Positions 52,159 to 64,000 of a stretch of 64,000 nucleotides of DNA are shown here, piece after piece. The position numbers and the translations under genes are program-made. The notes under the pieces are model-generated. The model was given only the letters and a program-made list of their open reading frames with translations. It was not told the DNA's origin and searched no databases. This DNA is from Octopus vulgaris. Lineage: Eukaryota. Every line of letters begins with the position of its first letter. The first letter of the stretch is position 1. Location: assembly GCA_951406725.2 (NCBI GenBank), contig OX597814.1, positions 157,356,001 through 157,420,000 on the forward strand, in the 5' to 3' direction.

Positions 52159-54957
52159 TAATAATAATGATAATAATAATAATAATATAAAATATATAAA
52201 TAAAAATAAATTTGGTTAATCATTCCTTTTGGGACATAGGTTAAAACTCATCTTAGAAAAGAGATGTTACATATTTAGAGATAATAAAAAATATTATAAT
52301 ATTTTTTCTAAAGATAATTTGGCTGTTGGATTTTCTACAACTAATAATGTTGGTAATATTGTTTTTTCATGTAATACTTTTAAATTAAAGAACTTTTATA
52401 AATATAGATTAAATACTAATTTTAATTATAATAATAAAGACCAAGAGTTGATTTCTTGTAGGGATAAGTCTACATGTAAATTGAAAAAATATTGTAATTT
52501 ATATAATGTAGTCTATAGATGTAGGGTAACTCTAATAGATGATAAGAATTTGAATTATCGTATTTCAAATACTATTTATATAGGGTCTACTTCGAATAAA
52601 TTAAAAATAGAATTTCCCAACATATGTATTCTTTGAGGAATAAAAATCTTATAAACTCAATAGGTTTCAGTAAATATATTTGGGAACTTAAACTTAGATC
52701 TATTAAAGATAAATTAAATTAGGATATTATTTGCAGGGCTAAATCATATACTAGAGGGAGTAATAGTTGTTCTCTTTGTAATAACGAACTTAGGGAGATA
52801 TCATTCCATAACAATTGTAAACTCTTTGGACGAACGTAAAATTAAATGTAAACATAGATTAAAGTAACTTTAAAATAGATTTAAATGATAAATAAATAAT
52901 TATATTATTTTTAAATAAATATCATAGTAATATAAATTATTTTCAAAATAATATATATGTATTTTATTTGATTACTTATTATTCAGACTTTAAATTTATA
53001 GTAAATAGCTATTTAAATTACATGATATTTTATTTTATGTACTTATATATTACATTTAACTTATCTTTAGTATTATTAAACTTTATCTTGTCCTATATGG
53101 CATATTTATTTTATTGTAGATATTATTTAATTGTATTAGAGTATTTTTTACTGTTTTATTACAAATCATATTAATATCTTAATAATAATGATGAATAATA
53201 TTTGTTGATGGTGAGTTTGAGATGAGTTTTGGGCTTCATCTGTTGGAGTCTATAGGAAGGGTTAAATGGTATGGGGATAGACGGCTGTGAATTAATTTGA
53301 TGTTAGTTGGTAGTGTGTTGTAGATTGGATGTTGGTAGTGATGGTAATAATTAATAATGATATTAATAATATTAATAATTATGTTTGATCATTGTAATAT
53401 TAATGATAATAATACTTATAATCGCGCATAGCTTGTTGTAGCATCCGGGTAGTGATGATGAACAAGTAATACTTAATATACTATTTTTACTATTACTATT
53501 TTATTAATTTTATTTGATTCATGAAGTTTAGATAATTCCCGTATTTCCTTAATAAATTTCTTTTAGTCTTTTTCATTAATAATTTTTTCTATTTTTCCAT
53601 GCAACGTCTCGACGAGTTTTATTTCTTATAGACGCTAAGTAATAATCTTTACGTTTATAATCAAGTGATTTTCTCATATAACTTAGCAACGTTATTTTCT
53701 CCTTTTCGTTTGGATTTGAATTTTTTTTGGGGGGGAAGGGGGGTTAATGTTTAGCTGGGATTAATTTTGTTATTGATATATTAATAGGTGTCTGTTATTT
53801 CTATTTGGGTGTCTTCATATTAGTTTCTCCATAAGTTGTGTCTTTCTCAATTTTTTTTACTTCATGAGGCTTGAACGTTTTTCGTCTTTTCGTATTTTTC
53901 ATTGATAAAATTTTGTCACGTTCATTGAGAATTTATTGTATTTCTTTGCACTAAGTCTCCAAGCGATAAATTTTATAAGAGTTTTTTTTTTCGTATTTTC
54001 CTTTGATAAAAATTTTGCCACGTTCATTGAGTATTTATTCTATTTCTTTGCACTATGTATCCACGTGATAAATTTATAAACGCTTTAACTATTTCTTTTA
54101 AAAATCAGTTACTCTTCATTCTTCGCTAAGCTAAGTCTGAGTTTTTATCATTTCTCTATTTCATTTGAATATTGAACCGTTGTGTGTTTCAAATTATTAT
54201 TAGTGTTGATATTATTATTGTTTTGTTGTAATATTATTATTTATTTATAGTTTCTTGATAGTATTTTTTACGTCCGATGTTTAATTGTTATAAAAGATAT
54301 TACGTTTTACATATTATTTAATTTGAGAATTAATATTGTTAGGCTATATTTCTTTTAATAATTAGATAATATTTTCATATAATAGTATTATTTTTAAATA
54401 AACTAGTTTTTATTTTAATATAAAGTTTATGTATAACTTTTGTATCCTGTGATATATTAAATCTATAGATATTGTACTGGGATATTAATATAACGAGTTT
54501 ATATAATTGATTTGAGTATATTTGTACCATTTCAAATTTTTGATTGTATTTTTCATGAATGGAATATATTGAGTATATTAATTAGACGCTTATAATATTG
54601 ATACATTTAAAATCTAGATAGATTAACAGAATCGTTGAACTTAGTAATTTAGTTTGCTTATCAATATTAGTTAGATCTTGCTATTATTTTGACTTTGATC
54701 GTTGTTATTATTGTTATTGTTATTGACTGGTTTGGTACAGGACTGGTGATTGTAATTGTACATCTTCATAGTGTATTGTTCTTTGGTTCTAATATATTTG
54801 CACCTTTCTTTACTTTTGGGTTGATAGGTTTTCTTACTTTCCATTAACATATTATTCTCGCCATTATATTTTTTAATACATTTTTATATATATTGATAGA
54901 TATTACTTACGATAGATATTAATTATTATATATCTCTCTCTTTGTCTTTTAATATAT

Positions 54958-55003
<46 letters not shown>

Positions 55004-55262
55004 TGGCTTATGTATTTGTATTATATTATTTGTTATTTAGTCAACTTTGTTATAGATTGTTATATTAAATCTATAAATACTACACATGTATATTTATTAT
55101 ATGTTTAGCTTATTTAAGGAGTTTGCCTATATTTGAAAAATTTCTTATTTTGATTACAATTTAATGACTTGAACTAGCTTTGTGTATTTTATTCAATTTT
55201 AAAATATTTAATTATTTAAGTATTATTTAAGTATTATTCACTTATGTATATTTAGGATTTTC

Positions 55263-55349
<87 letters not shown>

Positions 55350-55735
55350 ATATTTATCAATTAATTATTTTATTGTTCTATTTTATTTTAAACCTGATGA
55401 GCGACTATATTTATATCGAAGTGATTTCCCTACTACTATAATCATTTCTTAAATATAGCCGCGAAACACGTGTCGTTTTTCCACCTATTATATACGTTTT
55501 TATTATTATTTTTGCAATTTACTTAATCTTTACATTTTATTGTTATTTTAATTTTAACTTTTCTATTATATGTAAATTTCTACATGGTGTAATTTAATTG
55601 CTCGTTTTGAATTGATAAAATGTCTTTTTCTAATTTTATATATATATATATTATATTGTGTGAAATTTGATTTAATATTTCTAAATTGAATATTTTTCCC
55701 TTGTAAGTTTGGATTATATTCCCTCAAATAATAAT

Positions 55736-55740
<5 letters not shown>
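51137..55740 (+). mobile_element. Naiad-type Penelope-like element, 5'-truncated, inside the lectin copy 2 intron
   Basis: FFDIPMGAPDSAQITDLVG, LYRDD, YLDVNFNL, YINAYSNHPP, VVYRCRV..IYIGST. 51140-51235 is an inverted copy of 55560-55650. Hammerhead at 55390. Absent from the paralogous copy 1 intron. Confidence 0.85.
55390..55478 (+). ncRNA. Type I hammerhead ribozyme with extended stem II
   Basis: AAAC-CUGAUGA-GCGACUAUAUUU...AAAUAUAGCCGC-GAAA-CACGUG-UC-GUUU; canonical core, GUC triplet. Confidence 0.9.
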
Positions 55741-55805
<65 letters not shown>

Positions 55806-56307
55806 CAAATGTACTCATGATATATCTAATATGAACTAAAACAATTCATTGTCACTCAAACTTTTAATTTCTTGCCATTTTGAAAATATAATTCTATTTT
55901 TCTTTTAATGTTTCTCTGATTTCTACACTCTACTTTTGGGGAAAATATCGAATCAATCAATTGATTTCATTTATATTGTCATTTATTGTCATTGAGTTAC
56001 AAAAAAAATGACTTTGCCAGTTAAAAATTACTTAAGTAATGATTTATTTTAGATTTTGTTCTGTTTGAAACTAAGAAAATATTTTGTTATAAATCGTGTT
56101 GTTATAAATAGAAAGAGAATTTATCGAATGTAATTTCTTTTGAATCAATCTTTTCGTATTATGGAACATATTTCGGACTACACACTTTTTAATATTAATA
56201 ACGACAATAGTATCATGTCGAGTTAGAGTATTGAGTTGCCTTATTACAGATACATTACTGACAATATGATTATAGTCTCAATGAAATAATCCATGTTTGA
56301 ATTTTAT

Positions 56308-56608
56308 GGAGACACATGGCCTAGTGGTTAGAGCAGCGGACTTGCGGTCGAGGGATCGCAGGTTCGAATCTCAGGCCGGGCGATGTGTGTGTTTATGAGC
56401 GAAATTCCTAATTTCCACCTGTCTCCGGCAGAAGGTAATGGCGAACTTCTGCTGACTCTTTCGCCATAACTTTCTCTCACTCTTTCCTCTCGCAGCTCAC
56501 TCACTCACGACGGATCGGCGTCCCGTCCACGCAGGGAACCTATACGCCAAGGAAAACGGGAAACCGGCCCTTATGAGCAAGGCGTGGCTCGACAAGGAAC
56601 AAACAACA
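56308..56608 (+). mobile_element. tRNA-derived SINE with a Meta/V-like central-3' domain
   Basis: A box TGGCCTAGTGG, B box GGTTCGAATCT, CGACGGATCGGCGTCCCGTCCA..GAAACCGGCCC, AAC tail. TTGAATTTT on both sides; the paralogous intron near 17555 is an empty site. Confidence 0.88.
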
Positions 56609-57194
56609 CCCATTGAATTTTGATTTTGGTTTTAATCAACACGATATCAATTCTTACAGGAGAATGCTAGAGTCGATTAAATTGATCAGCGAATTCATCG
56701 CAGTCATTCTTTTAAATTTCAATAATATGAAAGGTTAAGTCTGTTTAGTTTTGAATTTAGATGCAAACAGAAGAAATAGATAATTTACTTGTTATATTAG
56801 CCAGCATCAGCAAATAATTAGCTGTTCATTTCATTTTATATATGAAAAACATGAAAACCTGGTGTACGTTGAAATATTTCGTTACCGTTGCTGAAATTTT
56901 CTTCCCGGCATGATCGGGGAAGAGATTTCAGTATCTATTTTACAGACGTATATAACAAATCAACTTAAATTACTATATACGCTAGTTTATAACATGTGGA
57001 TTTTAACATGTGGATTTTAAGTGTGCAGCGACATAGTGAGTAAATGTATGTACACTGAGTGATCGTTCATCTTACAAGAGACGGTAGTCAACTGTTTCTC
57101 GAAATGTAGTATATAGTCAAGTATACGCCATGTAAACACAAATAAGACAGGATGTCATGAGTGATTCGGGCTAAATATTAACAACCACAACAGC

Positions 57195-57308
<114 letters not shown>

Positions 57309-57410
57309 TACTACAGAACACTATAATGCTCAAACATGCACCGAATCATATCAAATCTGTGCGAGACGATTATTTATTAATCAATATTTTTATTCTCTGT
57401 TTGTTTTCAG

Positions 57411-57649
57411 CTGCGATGCAACAACACACTTTTCTTATGGGATTATGCAAAGATCGTAGCAAGAACGTCTTTGTATGGCAGGATGGAGAAGCACTTACAT
57501 ATTCTCCTTGGATTCCTTTACAACCATCGAATAGTGGTGGGAATGAAAACTGCGGTAACTTTATTCCATCCCTTAATTACGGATGGAATGATATTGTTTG
57601 CAACTTCCAGAACGGTGGGAGACAAATATGCGAGATAGTTGTTCGATAA
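57411..57649 (+). CDS. C-type lectin domain protein, copy 2, terminal exon B
   Basis: TTTTCAG|CT in frame with exon A: FLMGLCKD..VWQDGE..YSPWIPLQPSNSGGNENCG..GWNDIVC..RQICEIVVR*. Confidence 0.9.
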
Positions 57650-57711
57650 GTGTGTGGTAAAACGAAACGTAATTTCACAGACACGCACACACACACATAC
57701 ACGCGCCCACC

Positions 57712-57778
<67 letters not shown>

Positions 57779-58194
57779 ATATATTATATATAAATGCCGC
57801 ATGCTAGGAAAGACTACCATAGTAAACACATTGTACCGAACACATTCGGTACAATGTGTTTATTATGGTAGCTTTGACTTTAAGAGTACCTCCTAGTGTG
57901 AGTCATTTATGTATAGTAATGCCCTTAATATAAATAAATATATTTAAAGGGAATAATTAATAATATTTTCACTTATGAAGTTTTTCACACTACTTGATAA
58001 ATTCTTATAAAGATTTTATCCTTTTTAAAATTTATATTTATATTTCGATAGGAGAATGAACTATCCTATGTTTATCGTCAATATGGAAAATTCGATAAAC
58101 CGATACCAGTGTAGCAAATTCACGTTAGAAACACGGTTGAAGCGACCTGTCCAAATGTAGAAACTCCGGGTTCATGTACAGAAATTTGAGTGTT

Positions 58195-58996
58195 ATATAT
58201 GAATAAATCAATGAATGGAGTTGAACGAAGATGTTAACAAAATTCCTTTACTCTCGAGATATGCTTCGAAGACAACATGGTTTCATTTCAAACGAATAAA
58301 CGGTGCAAGATGCAATCTTCTCATCAGGAAAGAAAGGAGGCCTTTCTCAACAACAAGACAAACAAAAATTGCGATGACTGCCTACATGTTAAACAAATCG
58401 ATAATAAGTGTTTTTTAAAAACCGTTAGTAGAATTGACGTCAAAGTTGGATAGAGGAAGAGAAGGGTTAAAGGAATAATAGGTAGGGAACAAGTGGAGAG
58501 GGAAGGGTACGTTGATTGAAAGAATGTTCAAAGGCTTAGGAAAGAATTTCGCTATTGAAGTGGAGTGCACGTTAAGCTAATTGTTCAAACAACAATGACT
58601 ATCATAATCATTTATATGAGTAAAAAGTATGTATCTGCCAGTGTTTACATTTGTACGATTTCTCTATGAGTGTGTTTACAAGGGGAACCTTAGAGAAGAG
58701 AATATGGAAGAGTTCAGAGTTGCAAATGTTACAAAATATTCAGTCTTTATCAAAGGGAAAGGATAAGTTTTTTAAAAACACTTATTATCGTTTTGTTTAC
58801 CATATAGGCAGTCATCGCAATTTTTGTTTGTCTTGTTGTTGAGAAAGGCCCCCTTTCTTTCCTGATGAGAAGATTGCATCTTGCACCGTTTATTCCTTTG
58901 GAATGAAACCATGTTGTCTTCGAAACATATGTCGAGAATAAAGGAATTTTGTTAACATCTTCGTTCAACTCCATTCATTTATTTCTTCATATATAT
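58195..58996. mobile_element. Inverted pair of ~230 bp hammerhead-bearing repeats (inverted pLTRs)
   Basis: 58195-58422 is the reverse complement of 58767-58996, with a ~345 bp non-coding spacer. Confidence 0.85.
58858..58937 (+). ncRNA. Type I hammerhead ribozyme
   Basis: UUUC-CUGAUGA-GAAGA...UCUUC-GAAA-CAUAUG-UC-GAGA. The minus-strand copy at 58252-58331 has GAAG and CAUAUC changes. Confidence 0.85.
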
Positions 58997-59042
58997 ACAT
59001 ACATATACATTCACGCGCGCACACACACAAATATAATGTTAA

Positions 59043-59737
59043 CTTTGGTTGTGATTGGTCTGAAATTTGTAATTGGTTTCAGGTCTTTTCTTGCTATTAG
59101 TAATAAACCAGACGGGGGCACATAACCTACAAACTAATGGAGATAGAAGTGTGAAAACAAATCTTAAACGAAATTCCTCGTGGGGAAAACCTTTCTTGGT
59201 GAAGTGGAGTTATTTCTCATTGACCAATTCTAGTTGTGTCCGGACGTGTCCGTTTATGTACGATTTCCGTTCACTATTTAGCAGGCAGGGTATTCCATGT
59301 CTTGAACTCGAATTTTTCTCATAAGGGCACCAATTAAGCATATTACTTTTAAAATTTGTGAATACTCACCTATGACATTCCAAAATTCAAAATGTGTTTT
59401 TATTCGGTCCCTTCATGTGAAATAAATTGTGTTGAGAGCACGGAATTCTCCGCTTGATGACTACTGAACGAAAATCGTATATGAACTGACTCAATTCAGA
59501 CACAAGCGAAAGTGGTCAAAGGGGAATAAATCCGTAGGACCTAGAAGAGATTTTGCTTCGAAGAATGTCGTTTCAGGCATTTTGTCACAATACGGGCTGA
59601 CTCACAGTGTATTTTTAGTTCCATTACTAAAATGGTTCTCTGCTTCGAACCAGAAAATCTGATGTGTCACCGATAATGTTAAGAGCAGCAATATACGTGA
59701 AACCAACGGTAACTTTCCTACCAGTCATAACAAACGA
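59043..59737. repeat. Old diverged palindrome downstream of lectin copy 2
   Basis: Colinear with 19877-20609. 59200-59307 pairs with 59431-59535. Confidence 0.72.
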
Positions 59738-59821
59738 CTACACTAAATATAATTCCTCAAATCACTTTCAGAGTGTGCCTATTAGCAATAATGAACAAGT
59801 AACTCTTTATATATATATATA

Positions 59822-60086
59822 GTATATAAATAAAAGAGGCAGGCAACAGGTTGCTTAGCCACATACCGAAAAAATTAGAAATACCAGTTAAAGACTGTTT
59901 ATTTCTATTTTCCACAAATGACTTGTTTTCGTTATTTCTTCCTTGTTTTGCATATGTTAATTACAGGGATATGTCGTATGTGGAGTCTCATTTGTAGAAA
60001 ATAGAAATAAACAGTCTTTGACTGCTATTTCTAATTTTTCGCTATGTGGCTAAGAAACATGTTGCCTGCCTCTTTTATTTATATAC
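59822..60086. repeat. MITE-like inverted repeat, ~100 bp arms and ~65 bp spacer
   Basis: GTATATAAATAAAAGAGGCAGGCAACA...AAAGACTGTTTATTTCTATTTTC is mirrored at 59988-60086. Confidence 0.9.
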
Positions 60087-60206
60087 AATATATATATTGA
60101 ACTTTTATAGAAGTCCCTACCATTAATGGTTATATTTACATACCGAAATCTACCAGAAAATAATTGTTGATTTAAAAAAAAAAACATTAAAGATATTATT
60201 TACTCT

Positions 60207-60258
<52 letters not shown>

Positions 60259-60799
60259 GGAGGACTTGTACAGAGCCAATGCGAAATAATAAAAAGTAGA
60301 GGAAAATGAAAACGCAAATCCTAGGCTGTCAACCAAATTCCCGAACGCATAAATGGTGATATTCAATCAATGTAATTGAATCATATATATTTATACACAT
60401 CATCATAAATCATGCATGTGTAGGCGTAAAGATTTTCCAAAGGTTTAACGAATAAAACCAATCATAAAAATATAGGAGAGATATAAAAGCATATAAAAAT
60501 ATATTAAATATTAAAGATAAAATCACATATAAATGAAGATTACATGTAAAATGTTATGCGTAATAAAAATAGGGGGCACAATACAGATGAGAGATTGATA
60601 AATATAGGAATAAAAATGTCAATTTTCAAAGTGACAGACCGCCTAAAGCGTCTAAAATTTCTAATACATCTAAAATACGAGATAAAAGTTACACAAGATA
60701 TCAAGGTTAATAACAGTAAATAAAAAGGATCCGAAAAATAGGAGGGTGTTCATGCATGATTTATGAGGATGTGTATAAGTATATATGATTTAATTACAT

Positions 60800-61560
60800 T
60801 ATCTGCTTCTTTTAGTGTCTTATTGTATTTATATTTATTTTTATTGTATAAGTCCTCATTAGAAGAGAAGAAATTATATTACTAATGCTTTTTATAAGAG
60901 CCTTTTTTATAGATTATGAATGATTACTTTGATAGTTTATATATTTTATGTTAGAGTTAAGTTTCATGTATGGTTCATGTAATCCTGTATTTATATCACA
61001 GTTAACGTCTAGGTAGTTGAAAGAATAGTTTTCATTCTCTGTAGTGATAGAAAGGCCGAATCTATTGAAAAATTTGTACAGGCGTTTTTTAAGCAGTTCT
61101 AGAAGAGTCCCCCACCAAATTCTTGGAATTCTTTATTAATGTTGTCTGATATATTCTCACAAGGACAGTCACTTCCACTGAGTCTGGGGATCCCATTGTT
61201 ATATCAAAGAAATTTGATGTGTCCTTTCTTGCCCAAAATTTGTTATCAAATTCAATAGTAGATTTTCGGGCCGTGAGGATTACATTGATTTCTTTCATAT
61301 TGATCTTAGTATAGTTCTTAGCAAAAATGAGAGCACTATTTGAACTATTAGGGTTTATGGAGGAGTAGTAATTTTGAATGTCAATTGGCAGAAGTTTTTG
61401 TTGATCCTTATGCTTTATATTAGAGAAACAAGTTGTTGCATTTTGGGTATTAGTCCATAACTCAAGTTTAATCTTTTTCTAAGGGAAGGTATGTACTTAT
61501 CCAAAATAGCTTTACAAAGATTTCCTAAGTCTGATTTGTGAGCATAATATGCTTGCATAT
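60800..61560 (-). mobile_element. Naiad-type Penelope-like RT fragment
   Basis: KSDLGNLCKAILDK, LWTNT, IDIQNYYSSI, ILTARKS..WARK..FFDITMGSPDS, YLDV. A short inverted repeat (60370-60417 / 60751-60800) is adjacent. Confidence 0.82.
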
Positions 61561-61653
61561 GTATGCTCAGGATTAACATAAGTAATTATACCGGTAGTAA
61601 AACGGATATTTATATCCCTTAGACGGTTAATCCAATCTCAAACTCTACTAACT

Positions 61654-61730
<77 letters not shown>

Positions 61731-63531
61731 CACAAGGTATGTGGGTTTAGGTCACATGTGATCTAAACGATTAGGTACGCTAGATAAGCGCTGTAAAGCA
61801 TTACTAGGGCTCCAAGGTTGTAACCGAGGCGGTAGTTATGGAGTTATTGCAGATTTCCGATATGGGAAATATATATAATTGTTAAAGAGGACAACAAACG
61901 TTAAGGGGAGGCAAACATTATTATTATTGGAAAAATGCAAAGTCTTACAGCTGTTTCTAGGATATCCCAGAGTGTGGAATATTCCGCAATCAGAGACAAA
62001 TAGGGAAAGTGAAGAGGGTATAGATTAATGAAATGACAATATAGATGGCAATAGTAAAGGAATAAGGAGATAAAGAGAGAAAAGAAAAAAGAAACAAAAA
62101 AGTTCACAGCTCAACTTTCCGATATTGTAGAAATAACTGCATAAGTCTTTAGGTGCAATTCTACGTAGATCTAAGTTGGTTAAAGTCCTGATATTGTAAA
62201 CATCCAGAAAAGACGCGAACATATCAACGTTCAATAACAGAATGTTAGCGTAGATTGTTATAAGTGGTAATAGAATAGACAAGTAAATGAATAGAAAGAG
62301 AGGTAGATAGAGTGAGGGGTTGTTAAGGATTGGCTTTAGGATGAAGTCAGGCATATAAGTATATAGTGTCTAAGAATATAGTGTGCAAGGATACTCGAGA
62401 AGATAAGAGAGAGGATGAGGAAGTAGAGGAAGATAACGTAAAAAATTAAACAAAATAGAGCAATGAAAGAAATTTAAAAAGAGTAGTAGGTGTCAGTGGT
62501 ATTCTTCTAGCCTAAAGGAGTTGGATCGAAAATCTAGTAGTAAATGCTTGTGTCTGCTCTGGCTAAAATCAGTGGCTTTAGAGTTATTTTTAACAATAGG
62601 GTTATAGGTGTGTAGGCAGTCGAGAATGAAGGAACTAATTGAATGTTAAATTATATAGGAGGAGGAGTTAGAATGAAATATTAGGGGATTTATTAGGTTA
62701 AGGTTTAAAAGTAAATTAAAGATGAATTAAAGAATATTTATCTCATAAAGTGATAAGGTAAGGTAGATAGAAGAGATATAAGAGATAAGGAAAATAGAAG
62801 AGATATAGAGATATAGGAGATATAGAAGCGATATAGAGAGGTATGTGTTAATGATCACCGGAGTTTGTATGTGAGTGTTATTCGTGGGAGGTGAACTTAC
62901 ATTTAGATTTATGAAAAAATTTAAAAGCGCGAAAGAATTTATGCTTACACCTAGCGAAGGCTTCGTTGTGTTTATTAAGCAATTGTGGTGAGTTACAGGT
63001 TAACATTTTGAGGGCTTCTTTTAAGCACAGTCCACGAATGAAGTGTTGGTCCTGATACGGGATATCCGAGTCTATTATTGCCCAGGAAAGTTTATATTGT
63101 ATTTTTCTATTAATTAGATGGTGTACGTAGCTGGCTAGTGATATGGATTTGTTATCCCCTTTATATCTAAACGAGGTTAAATGTGGATATCTTTGTTTAA
63201 AAAATGTAGTAGATCCACTGTAGTAACTATAGAAGTTATTTTCTATGTTGCGAACTGTGCATTAGTATACGACGTTGAATCATCTGCATTGGGCTTGCAG
63301 CGGGCAGTCTCGCCCAGATCTGCAATTGCAGCTGTCAATTCTACGATAGTTAATTGGGGATAGAGATGAAGTAGTGCTGGTAGTAGCTAGCGTAATATTA
63401 GGTGAATTGATCGTAATATTGCTGTTATTATTGCTGTCATTTCTACTATTAATATCAACACAAGCGTTACTATTATTATTATTATCGTCTCTACCGTTAT
63501 CAGCATCGTTGTTATAATTATTATCATTACC

Positions 63532-63573
<42 letters not shown>

Positions 63574-64000
63574 TGTTGTTGTTGTAGCAGCAGCAGTTGC
63601 GGTGCTAGTATCATTGGTAGTAGTGTTAGTATTAGCAGTGGTAGAGGAGGTGGTATTAGTTATGTTATTATTGCAACTATTAGTAGTAGCGTTTGTGGTT
63701 GGAGTGTTAATAGTAGTATTATTTTCAGTAATAGTAATATTGCCGTTGGTGCTAGTATTAATATTATTGCTAGTCCTATTAGTAGTTGAAGTACATGTAT
63801 TATTAGTTGTAGTGGTTATAATGTAGTTAGTATTGTTAGTATCAGCGTGCCTGTTAATGTTTTCCTCAGTTTCAGCTGTGCGCCCATTACTCTCCGAGGA
63901 GGGGACTATATTATGTCTGCTTAAGTTGTTTAAAGTAGTCGAGCCAGGGGCATTAGATATGTTATTGCGATCGGTGTTAGTGTTTTCATTGTGTAGGTCT

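Noticed and set aside
56308-56380. tRNA gene
   Set aside because: A and B boxes are present but the acceptor stem does not close, and the sequence continues into a SINE body with tail and target duplication.
58215-58974. Two similar ORFs on opposite strands (MELNEDVNKIP...) as a duplicated small gene
   Set aside because: They are antisense readings of the hammerhead-bearing inverted repeat arms.

Overview
AT-rich, microsatellite-saturated eukaryotic DNA, most likely cephalopod (octopus-like, inferred from the SINE at 6.8 kb and the repeat make-up). One 100-N gap lies at 39544-39643. The only host-gene content I can support is two paralogous two-exon C-type lectin domain cassettes on the + strand (16656-19843 and 50790-57649). 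Both start in splice phase 1 and have no identifiable 5' exon. Most of the rest is transposon debris: CR1/L2-group LINE fragments in (TA)n, Penelope-like elements (four Naiad-type coding fragments, one Neptune-type, several solo pLTRs), a mariner with intact TIRs, a perfect head-to-tail Helitron dimer, a nest of R4/Dong-type LINE fragments in (TAA)n, an ORF1-only Tx1/L1-like element, tRNA-derived SINEs and several palindromes. Reading both strands by eye gives eight hammerhead-ribozyme motifs from about five families, including one with the core C3:G8 pair swapped to G3:C8. Most ORFs in the supplied track are microsatellite or antisense artefacts. All family assignments come from motif recognition without database searches.
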